A stretch of 64,000 nt of DNA from an uncultured Acidimicrobiales bacterium (GTDB taxonomy: Bacteria; Actinomycetota; Acidimicrobiia; Acidimicrobiales; CAWCAL01). The first letter of the stretch is position 1. The number at the start of each line of letters is the position of its first letter. The notes below the pieces were generated by a model, which saw only the letters and a list, made by a program, of their open reading frames with translations, was not told the origin of the DNA and ran no database searches. Below, in pieces: positions 7,527 to 15,658 of the stretch. The position numbers were made by a program, and so were the translations under genes. The stretch is taken from the NCBI GenBank assembly GCA_963695075.1, contig CAVOFR010000007.1, positions 1,680,904-1,744,903 of the forward strand, in the 5' to 3' direction.

Positions 7527-9203
7527 GTGTCCACGACAACCACCGGCGGTCGGCACGACTTCCCTCGCTTCGACGACGAGTACCGCGACCGGTGGATCGC
7601 CGCCGGAATGTGGCACGACCGGACGCTCCACGACCTCTTCGACGAGACCGTCGCCGCTCGAGGTGAACAGGTGGCGGTGATCACCAGAGACCGGCAGATG
7701 ACCTTCGCCGAGTTCAAGTCGGACGCGGACGCTCTCGCCGCCGGGCTCCTCGGGATCGGCGTCGAGCGAGGCGACATCGTCGCCGTGCAGCTCCCGAACT
7801 GGATCGAGTTCTGCCTACTGCAGATCGCGCTGTCCCGCATCGGGGCCGTGATCCAGCCGACCCATAGCGTCTTCCGGGAGCTCGAGCTCCGATCGCTGCT
7901 CGGATTCTGCGACACCGATCACATCGTCGTGCCCGACACGGTCGAAGGCCACGACTACGCCGGGGCGATCCGCAACATCAGGGCCGATCTCCCCGCACTC
8001 CGGACGATGATCGTGGCCCGGGGCGACCGTCCGGTCCGAGAAGCCGACGCCGAGGCCGGCCTGGACGCGTTGCTCGACGACGGCAAGCGCAACCTGGCGC
8101 GACTCGAGGATGTGACGACCGATCCCGACGACGTCTTCTACCTGAACTTCACGTCGGGCACCGAAGGGAACCCGAAGGGCTTCCTCCACACCCACAACAC
8201 GCTGATCTCCACCTTCACGACGATGTCGCAGGCCCTGGCCAGCCTCGACCCCGGCATGGTCAACCTCACCTGTTCGCCGATGACTCACAGCTTCGGCCAT
8301 TTCACCACCTACCAGTGCGTCCTCGGGGGTATCCCGATGGTCCTCGTCGATCGCTATCGGCCCGGCGACGTGCTGGAGCTGATCCAACGGGACCATGCGA
8401 CGTCGATCTCCGGTACACCGGCCCACCTGATCGGAATCCTCCATCATCCCGACTTCGCCAGTTTCGACACGTCGAGTGTGAAGTCGGTGAGTCTGGGCGG
8501 CGCACGCAGCTCGCCGGAGCTCATCGAGGAGCTCGAGGCCGTCTGGGGCGTGAAGTCGGCCAACACCTACGGCATGGGCGAGAACATCATCCACACCCGC
8601 ACCATGCCATGGGATCCCGAGGACAAGGCCGCCGAGTCGGTCGGCCAGCCCCTGTTCGGCTCCGAGCTGAAGATCGTCGATCCGGACGACCGCACCCGCG
8701 AGCTCGCCGCGGGGGAGGTGGGCGACATCATGTTCCGCGGCCCGACGCTGTTCCTCGCCTACCACAAGCAACCGGAGCTGACGGCGGAGACACGCGACGA
8801 CGACGGGTGGTTCGTCACCGGCGACCGTGGCCACGTCGACGACGAGGGCTACCTGTACTTCGCGGCCCGAGCCAAGGAAGTCATCAATCGGGGCGGCACG
8901 AAGATCTACCCCAAGGTCGTCGAGGAGCGCCTGGCCGGCCACCCCGACATCGAGGATGCGGCCGTGGTCGGCATGCCCGACGAGCGGCTCGGCGAACGGG
9001 TCTGCGCCTATGTGATCACGCGGGGCGGCGCGACCGTCGGCGTCGAGCAGCTCAAGGCCTACTTCGCGGAGCAGCGGGCCTCGAAGTCCCTGGTACCCGA
9101 AGCGGTCGTCGTCGTCGACGACTTCCCCATGACCCCCACCGGCAAGGTGGCCAAAGCCGCGCTGGCCGAACGTGCCCGCCAGGAGCGAGAGGTGAAGCCA
9201 TGA
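7527..9203 (+). CDS. AMP-dependent synthetase/ligase (acyl-CoA or aryl/alicyclic-CoA ligase)
   Basis: Adenylation motifs FTSGTEGNPKG, YGMGE, GWFVTGD and the C-terminal PMTPTGKVAK. Confidence 0.92.
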   Translation: MSTTTTGGRHDFPRFDDEYRDRWIAAGMWHDRTLHDLFDETVAARGEQVAVITRDRQMTFAEFKSDADALAAGLLGIGVERGDIVAVQLPNWIEFCLLQIALSRIGAVIQPTHSVFRELELRSLLGFCDTDHIVVPDTVEGHDYAGAIRNIRADLPALRTMIVARGDRPVREADAEAGLDALLDDGKRNLARLEDVTTDPDDVFYLNFTSGTEGNPKGFLHTHNTLISTFTTMSQALASLDPGMVNLTCSPMTHSFGHFTTYQCVLGGIPMVLVDRYRPGDVLELIQRDHATSISGTPAHLIGILHHPDFASFDTSSVKSVSLGGARSSPELIEELEAVWGVKSANTYGMGENIIHTRTMPWDPEDKAAESVGQPLFGSELKIVDPDDRTRELAAGEVGDIMFRGPTLFLAYHKQPELTAETRDDDGWFVTGDRGHVDDEGYLYFAARAKEVINRGGTKIYPKVVEERLAGHPDIEDAAVVGMPDERLGERVCAYVITRGGATVGVEQLKAYFAEQRASKSLVPEAVVVVDDFPMTPTGKVAKAALAERARQEREVKP

Positions 9204-10117
9204 GAGTCGGCCTCAGTTGGGACTTCGGGGGCGATGACGCCGCGACCACATGGCGGCGCGCCGCCGACGAAGCCGTGGCGGCCGACGGATTCGGCTTCGA
9301 CAGCATCTGGCTCGACGAATCGCGACAGGGCGCCACCGACTGCCCCTCGCCCGGGCTCTGGTTGACCCACCTCGCTCGATTGACGAAGACCGTGCAGCTA
9401 CGGGCGATCCGCCTCGTCACGGGAATGAGCCCGGTGCGGGTGGCCGAGGAGATCGCGGTGCTCGACCTGTTCTCCCGGGGCCGGGCCGGGCTGGCGTTCG
9501 CCGCCGCATCCGGGCAGGGCGTGCCGGCGGGCCGGGTGCACGAGACCCTCGACTTCGTCACCCACGCCTGGTCCGTCGACGAGTTCCGGTATCGCGGCGA
9601 CTTCGTGCGGTTCCCGTCCCACACCCCCGACGACGTCCCCGGCGGGGCGACCATCCCCGGGACCCGTGGCGCCTACCTGCCGCAGTGGGACTGGGGTCCG
9701 GATGCGCCCGACTTCCTGTCGATCACACCCAAGCCGTACAGCACGCGTCCGCCCGTCTACGCCGAGATCACCGACGACGACACCCTCGACTGGGCCGCAG
9801 CCGGCGGGATCTCGCCTCTGGTCCCGGCGCACACACCCACCGACGAGGCCATCGAGCGCCTGGCGCGCTACCGGAACCGGGCCGACGAGGCAGGGCGCCA
9901 TCGGGGCGACGTCGAGCCGGTCGTCGAGCGACACATCGTGATGGACGGCGAGGACGACGAGGTCACCATCGGCGGCGATTCGGCCACGCTCGTCGATGCT
10001 CTCCGGAACCTGGCAGCGCAGACGTCGGTGACCCATCTCGTGTGGCGGAGAAAGGGCAAGGCCGACGGGGACATCTACCGGTTCGCCCGAGAGGTGCAGC
10101 CCATGCTGCAGGCATAG
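9200..10117 (+). CDS. LLM-class (luciferase-like) flavin/F420-dependent oxidoreductase, type A
   Basis: The ATG at 9200 overlaps the ligase stop (ATGA). Starts MRVGLSWDFG; the GFDSIWLDE and FSRGRAGLAFA patterns are typical of LLMs. The track ORF from 8315 is an out-of-context N-terminal extension. Confidence 0.85.
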   Translation: MRVGLSWDFGGDDAATTWRRAADEAVAADGFGFDSIWLDESRQGATDCPSPGLWLTHLARLTKTVQLRAIRLVTGMSPVRVAEEIAVLDLFSRGRAGLAFAAASGQGVPAGRVHETLDFVTHAWSVDEFRYRGDFVRFPSHTPDDVPGGATIPGTRGAYLPQWDWGPDAPDFLSITPKPYSTRPPVYAEITDDDTLDWAAAGGISPLVPAHTPTDEAIERLARYRNRADEAGRHRGDVEPVVERHIVMDGEDDEVTIGGDSATLVDALRNLAAQTSVTHLVWRRKGKADGDIYRFAREVQPMLQA

Positions 10118-10143
10118 GGCGAGCAGAGAACGACAGGAGCAAG

Positions 10144-11136
10144 ATGGAATTCTGGACCGGCGCATTCGGGATCACGAGGATGCGCATGATGCCGAGCGCA
10201 TTGGCCGACGGCTACGACCTCTTCGTCCAGGACGCCGCCAATGCCGAGGCGATGGGGTTCGACGCATACGGCGCGCCGGAGCACCACTTCACCTACGACG
10301 GCTTCCTGCCCTTCCCGCTGCAGGCGCTGGCGGCGGCCGCGGCGAAGACGTCGAAGATCCGTCTCGTGACGGGAGCGATGCTCCAGACCCTCTACGACCC
10401 CCTAGAGGCCGCCGAGCATGCCGCGACGCTCGACGTCCTGTCCGGCGGTCGGGTCGTCCTCGGTCTCGGTATGGGCTATCGGCCGTTCGAGTTCGACGCG
10501 TTCGGCACCGAGAAGCGGACCCGAGGAGCTCGACTGCGCGAAGCGATGGAGGTGATCCGCCTCGCGACGACGGAGGACACCTTCTCCCACCAGGGCAAGC
10601 ACTACGCCTACGACGAGGTGACCCTCCGACCCACACCGGTCCAGCGGCCCATCGACATGTGGTACTGCGGCGGGACCACCGAGTCCGCGGCGCGGCGGGC
10701 CGGGAAGGCGGGCCTGCCGTACTGGCTCGCGAACTCGCCGTACGAGCGGGTCGAGGTCATCGTCGCGGCATACCGCGAGGCGGGCCGCGAAGCGGGCTGG
10801 CCCGAGGAGCGCCTCAAGGTCGCCGCTTTCAAGGACATATTCGTCGGCGAGACGATGGCCGAGGCCGAGATGATGCGCGAAGCGATGATCGAGACCTTCT
10901 ACCGGGAGCACATCCTCGGCTACGGCTACCTCGTCGACGACGACGGTCACCACGTCTACAACCCGACCGAAGACCATCCGATGTATCAGCGCTTCCTGGA
11001 CAGCCTGTTCTGCGGCTCGGTGGACGAGGTCGTCACCGAGCTGAAGCGCTACGAGAGCCTCGGCGTCGAGGCTCTCTTCTTTCCTTCGATCCAGCGCGAG
11101 GTCATCTCGACGCGGATCATGCCCGAATTCAAGTGA
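10144..11136 (+). CDS. LLM-class flavin/F420-dependent oxidoreductase, type B
   Basis: Internal ATG (MEFWTGAFG) 26 bp after the previous stop. Carries GFDAYGAPEHHF and LSGGRVVLGLGMGYRPFEF. Confidence 0.88.
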   Translation: MEFWTGAFGITRMRMMPSALADGYDLFVQDAANAEAMGFDAYGAPEHHFTYDGFLPFPLQALAAAAAKTSKIRLVTGAMLQTLYDPLEAAEHAATLDVLSGGRVVLGLGMGYRPFEFDAFGTEKRTRGARLREAMEVIRLATTEDTFSHQGKHYAYDEVTLRPTPVQRPIDMWYCGGTTESAARRAGKAGLPYWLANSPYERVEVIVAAYREAGREAGWPEERLKVAAFKDIFVGETMAEAEMMREAMIETFYREHILGYGYLVDDDGHHVYNPTEDHPMYQRFLDSLFCGSVDEVVTELKRYESLGVEALFFPSIQREVISTRIMPEFK

Positions 11137-11161
11137 CCACGGACTGACCGGGAGCCAACCC

Positions 11162-12220
11162 ATGGACATCATCGTCGGCCCGTACGGGATGCAGAGCCCC
11201 CACCCGCACCGTCGTCCGCACGTCGATCTGTACGAGGAGCTCATCGTTCACGCGCAGCGGGCCGAAGCGCTCGGCTTCGACGGCATCGCGCTCACCGAGC
11301 ACTCGTTCTGGTACGACGGCTACTGCCCGTCGTTGCTGCCCACTCTCGCCGCGGTCGCTCAGCACACCGAGCGGATCAAGCTCGTCACGGGCGCCCTGTT
11401 GTTGCCCCAGCACGACCCGCTGAAGGTGGCCGAGGAGGCCGCGGTCGTCGACAGCCTGTCGGGCGGACGTCTCGTGCTCGGTATGGGAGCCGGCTATCGG
11501 CCGGAGGAGTTCCTCGGCCACGGAGTTCCCGAGGGCCGCTGGGGCGCCCGCCTCTTCGAGGCCATGGAGGTCGTGCGTCTCGCCCTCACCCACGAGACGT
11601 TCTCGTTCCACGGCGACTTCTACGACTACCAGGACGTGTCGCTCGCGACTCGCCCCGTTCAGTCACCGCCACCCCAGTGGGTCTGCGCTGGCTATGCCGA
11701 CTGGTCGGCCAAGGGATCGGGGCGAAGAGGTTGGCCCTACTGCACGACCGGAGACGTCGAAGGTGGCGGCAAGATCTTCGACCTCTACGAGGAGGCCGCG
11801 GCGGCCGCGGGCCACGACCCCTCGACGACCAGTCGGGGCCTCTTCCGCGACATGCTCGTCATGCCGACCGAGCGCGAAGTCGAAGCCATCGCCGACGAGG
11901 ACTTCTGGACCGCGTTCAACGACCAGTTCCTCGGCTTCGGTTTCCTGAAGCGGATGAATCCCGACGGCGAGCAGATCACGGAGCTCCCGGCCGAGCTCAA
12001 GGACATGTTCGTCTACAGCCCGCGCAACGCGGTGGGAACGCCGGACCAGGTGCGCGAGCAGATGAAGCCCGTCATCGACATGGATCTCGACCTGCTGATC
12101 GTGCGTACGATCTGGGCCAACTTCAACCACGAGAGGGCGTTGAAGACCATGGAGACGTTCGCCCGAGAGGTCATGCCGTACCTCCGAGAAGAGGCCGAAC
12201 GAGTGCGGGAGGCCCGCTGA
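11162..12220 (+). CDS. LLM-class flavin/F420-dependent oxidoreductase, type B-prime
   Basis: Carries GFDGIALTEHSF and LSGGRLVLGMGAGYRPEEF. Clear paralog of 10144-11136. Confidence 0.9.
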   Translation: MDIIVGPYGMQSPHPHRRPHVDLYEELIVHAQRAEALGFDGIALTEHSFWYDGYCPSLLPTLAAVAQHTERIKLVTGALLLPQHDPLKVAEEAAVVDSLSGGRLVLGMGAGYRPEEFLGHGVPEGRWGARLFEAMEVVRLALTHETFSFHGDFYDYQDVSLATRPVQSPPPQWVCAGYADWSAKGSGRRGWPYCTTGDVEGGGKIFDLYEEAAAAAGHDPSTTSRGLFRDMLVMPTEREVEAIADEDFWTAFNDQFLGFGFLKRMNPDGEQITELPAELKDMFVYSPRNAVGTPDQVREQMKPVIDMDLDLLIVRTIWANFNHERALKTMETFAREVMPYLREEAERVREAR

Positions 12221-13305
12221 TGCGTGTCGGACTTCTGTACGGCCTCGGTCCCCGGGACGCCGAAGGCGGCTACGAGACGGCCCTGAGTCAGATCGACGAA
12301 GCCGACCGCCTGGGTCTGGACTTCGTTCTGTTCGAGGAGCACCACGGCCAGCGGGGGTGTCCCGCCGTGGGATCGCTCGTGGCCGCGGCGGCTTCGCGAA
12401 CCAGCGCGATCAGGGTGGGGTCGGCCAACCGCCAGCTCGCGCTCGAATACCCGACCAACGTGGCAGAGGACTTCGCGATCGCGGATCTGATCTCGAGGGG
12501 TCGGGTCGTGTTCGGCGTGTCGCCCGGCGAGCGCAAGGCCGACTTCGATGCGGCCGGCGTCGCCTGGGACGAGAGGGAGGAGCGCTTCCGCGAGGCGGTC
12601 GAGATCGTGCGGATGCTCTGGACCCAGGGTGGGGCCCAGTACATCGGTGAGCACTACCAGTTCCCGCTCGAAGCGCACGGGGAGCCCGGCTGGCGGCGCG
12701 AGCCGTTCGAGGCACCCTTCGTCGACCAGTGGCGCCGCGGCCAGTCCAAGCCCGACTTCCTGGCGATGCTTCCGAGGCCGGTCCAGTGGCCGCACCCACC
12801 GATCTGGGCTACCGGATGGCGACGGGGCACGATCGAGTGGGCCGCCAGCCGTGGACTCGGCCTGCTCTGCTCCCCGCTCGAGACCGATGACGAGGTGAAG
12901 ACCAAGGTCGGCTGGTACGGCGACGCACTCGAGGCCTGCGGGCGCGACCGCACCGAGGTCGACGTCTGCGTGGCTCGCGAGCTCTACCTGGCCGCCGACG
13001 GCGAAGAGGCGCGCGAGCGAGCGTTGCCGGCCATGCGAGACCACCTCGCGGCGGTGCGGGCCGAAGCCAACGAGGATCAGGCCGGCCTGGCCGCGATCGA
13101 CGGCCTCGACGACCGGGCGCTCCTCGATCGTTGCTTTCTCGTTGGCACGCCGACCGAGGTGGTCGAGAGGGTCAAGGCCCTACAGGCCGACGCCGGGGTC
13201 ACCCACCTGGCATGCCGGGTCTGGCTCCCGGGGCGGGACCAATTCGAGGCCCTCGACTGCATCCGGCTCCTGGCATCGCAGGTCCACGCGAGGCTGGTGG
13301 CCTGA
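12220..13305 (+). CDS. LLM-class flavin/F420-dependent oxidoreductase, type A-prime
   Basis: The ATG at 12220 shares one nucleotide with the preceding TGA. Starts MRVGLLYGLG, with GLDFVLFEEHH. Shares the KPDFLAMLPRP-type insertion with 9200-10117. Confidence 0.88.
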   Translation: MRVGLLYGLGPRDAEGGYETALSQIDEADRLGLDFVLFEEHHGQRGCPAVGSLVAAAASRTSAIRVGSANRQLALEYPTNVAEDFAIADLISRGRVVFGVSPGERKADFDAAGVAWDEREERFREAVEIVRMLWTQGGAQYIGEHYQFPLEAHGEPGWRREPFEAPFVDQWRRGQSKPDFLAMLPRPVQWPHPPIWATGWRRGTIEWAASRGLGLLCSPLETDDEVKTKVGWYGDALEACGRDRTEVDVCVARELYLAADGEEARERALPAMRDHLAAVRAEANEDQAGLAAIDGLDDRALLDRCFLVGTPTEVVERVKALQADAGVTHLACRVWLPGRDQFEALDCIRLLASQVHARLVA

Positions 13306-14511
13306 GTGGACCTGCACTTCTCACCAGAGGACGAGGAGTTCCGGGCGTCGCTGCGCTCCTGGCTCGAGGAGAACACCGGCCAGATGGAGGATGCCTCGGG
13401 GGTGATGCGCGGCGCCGGGGCCGCCAACATCATGGACGCGATCCAGATGGCCCGCGACTGGCAGCGGACCCTGTGGGAGGCCGGCTACGTCGGCCTGTCA
13501 TGGCCGAAGGAGTACGGAGGCCAGGACGCGTCGTTCACCGAGCAGGTGATCGCCACCGAGGAGCTCGCCCGGGTGAACACGCCGCCCCTGATCAACACGA
13601 TCGGCCTCTCCATCCTCGGACCGACCTTGATCCGCCATGGCACCGAAGAGCAGCGGCGACGGTTCCTGCCCAGGATCCTCACCGCCGAGGAGCTGTGGTG
13701 CCAGGGATTCAGCGAACCGGAGGCGGGGAGCGACCTGGCCGCGCTCAAGACGCGCGCCGAGATCGACGGCGACGAGTTCGTCGTCAGCGGCCAGAAGGTC
13801 TGGACGAGCCTGGCTCCGATCGCCGATTGGTGCTTCCTCCTGGTTCGGACCGATCCCGATGCCCCCAAGCGAGAGGGCATCAGCTACCTGCTGTGTGACA
13901 TGAAGACGCCCGGCATCGAGGTCAATCCGCTGCGCAACGCGGCCGGCGGCATCCACTTCTCCGAGATGTTCCTCGACGACGTCCGTATCCCCAGCTCGCA
14001 GCTGGTCGGCGACCTCCACGGCGGATGGCAGATCGCACGCACGACGCTCGAGCACGAGCGGAGCGGCCTGTCCAGCGTCCTGGCGCTCGAGCAGAACCTC
14101 TCCCGGCTCCGCCGGACCGCCGGCGATCTGACGCGGGGCGACGAGCGGGTGATCGACGACCCTGCGGTCGGTCGCGAGCTGGCCCAGCTGTGGATCGAGA
14201 TCGAGGGTCTTCGCCACCTCGGGTTCAGGACGCTCAGCAACCAGATCGCCGGTCGACCCCCCGGGGCGAGTGCCTCGGTCGGCAAGCTCTTCGCCGCGCA
14301 CCTGCGGCAGCGCATCACCGAACTGGCCCTGAAGATCGAGGGTCCGCTCGCCCCGGTGGCCAAGAAATCCCCACACGTCGTCGATCGGGGCCGCTGGCAC
14401 GCGGCGTACTTCGATGCCATCGGCCACAGCATCGGCGGCGGCACGAGCGAGATCCAGCGCAACACCATCGCCGAGCGCGTGCTCGGCCTTCCCCGTTCGG
14501 TACAGGACTGA
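13306..14511 (+). CDS. acyl-CoA dehydrogenase
   Basis: GTG start immediately after the upstream stop. Carries WCQGFSEPEAGSD and GGGTSEIQRN (the segment holding the catalytic Glu). Confidence 0.92.
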   Translation: MDLHFSPEDEEFRASLRSWLEENTGQMEDASGVMRGAGAANIMDAIQMARDWQRTLWEAGYVGLSWPKEYGGQDASFTEQVIATEELARVNTPPLINTIGLSILGPTLIRHGTEEQRRRFLPRILTAEELWCQGFSEPEAGSDLAALKTRAEIDGDEFVVSGQKVWTSLAPIADWCFLLVRTDPDAPKREGISYLLCDMKTPGIEVNPLRNAAGGIHFSEMFLDDVRIPSSQLVGDLHGGWQIARTTLEHERSGLSSVLALEQNLSRLRRTAGDLTRGDERVIDDPAVGRELAQLWIEIEGLRHLGFRTLSNQIAGRPPGASASVGKLFAAHLRQRITELALKIEGPLAPVAKKSPHVVDRGRWHAAYFDAIGHSIGGGTSEIQRNTIAERVLGLPRSVQD

Positions 14512-14512
14512 C

Positions 14513-15658
14513 ATGGACTTCGAGCTGAGCGACGAGCAGGTGGCTCTGCAGGAGTCCGCCCGGGACTTCCTGGCGCAGCGCTGGAGCGCGGATCTGATGC
14601 GCAACGCGCTCGACGCCACGCCTGCGCTCATCCCCGACGAGCTCTGGAAGGAGATCGCCGCCCTCGGGTGGACCGGAATCGCGGCCGGCGAGGACGTCGG
14701 CGGAAGCGGTGGCGACATCATGACCGCGTGCCTCCTCGCCCAGGAATCGGGACGCGGCCTGCTGCCGGGATCGCTCGTCTCGGTCCTCGTGGCGGCCTTC
14801 GCGCTGGAGCGGGGCGGCGACGAGGAGGCCCGAACGGACCTGCTCCCCGCGATCCTGGCCGGTGAGCGCCACGTCGTTTGTGCGGTCGAGGAGCCGTCGG
14901 GCTCGTGGGGACCTGACGCGGTCAGCTCGGAGGCGACCGTGCAGGGCGAGGATTGGGAGCTGCGGGGAACGAAGATCCTGGTCGCCGACACCGACCGGGC
15001 CGAGGCCTTCCTCGTCGCGGCCCGGACCCCGGTCGGCCGGGGGTTCGTGATGGTCGCCGCCGACGCCCCCGGCGTCGAGGTCACACCGATGCGACGGCTC
15101 GACGGGCAGTCGATCGCCGAGATCGTCCTCGACGGGGTCGCGGTGGCGCCCTCTGCTCTCGTCGGTGGCCCGGAACGTGCCGAGTCGACACTTCGGGCCA
15201 CCTACGACGTGTGGACCATCCTCTGCGTCGCGGACCTGCTCGGCGTTGCCGAGGCCGCCCTCGAGACGGCCACCGAGTACGCGAAGGAGCGAGTCCAGTT
15301 CGGCCGTCCGATCGGCTCGTTCCAGGCCGTGAGCCACCGCCTCGCCGATCTCCTGGTCGACGTCGAGATCGGTCGGAGCCTGCTGTACGGGGCGTGTCTC
15401 GCAATCGACGAGGGTCAGGCCGATGCGGAGGCGTTGGTCTCCGCCGCGAAAGCCTTCGTGAGCGATGCCGCGGTCGAGGCGACCGAGGGTGCGCTCCACG
15501 TCCACGGCGGAATCGGCTTCACTTGGGAGCTGGACGTTCATCTCTACCTCCGTCGGGCCCGGGCCGGGGCTGCGACCCTCGGCGATGCGGACTTCCACCG
15601 CGACCGTGTCGCTCGGCTGATGAGCCGGGCCGACGCCCTCGGAGGAGACCGACGATGA
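14513..15658 (+). CDS. acyl-CoA dehydrogenase family protein (second subunit-like)
   Basis: ATG 1 nt after the upstream stop. Carries RVQFGRPIGSFQAVSHRLAD and GGIGFTWELDVHLYLRRA. Confidence 0.9.
   Translation: MDFELSDEQVALQESARDFLAQRWSADLMRNALDATPALIPDELWKEIAALGWTGIAAGEDVGGSGGDIMTACLLAQESGRGLLPGSLVSVLVAAFALERGGDEEARTDLLPAILAGERHVVCAVEEPSGSWGPDAVSSEATVQGEDWELRGTKILVADTDRAEAFLVAARTPVGRGFVMVAADAPGVEVTPMRRLDGQSIAEIVLDGVAVAPSALVGGPERAESTLRATYDVWTILCVADLLGVAEAALETATEYAKERVQFGRPIGSFQAVSHRLADLLVDVEIGRSLLYGACLAIDEGQADAEALVSAAKAFVSDAAVEATEGALHVHGGIGFTWELDVHLYLRRARAGAATLGDADFHRDRVARLMSRADALGGDRR

Noticed and set aside
8315-9199. Long N-terminal extensions of track ORFs: 8315-10117, 9250-11136, 11677-13305, 14414-15658, 14953-17643, 19448-22273, 31976-33307, 32659-34308, 43360-45363, 55063-56529, 48440-49900, 49497-51629, 53595-55397 and 55021-56565.
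   Set aside because: The upstream parts overlap the preceding real gene in another frame and are not protein-like. Internal starts that coincide with stop-start overlaps or SD sequences give proteins of canonical length.
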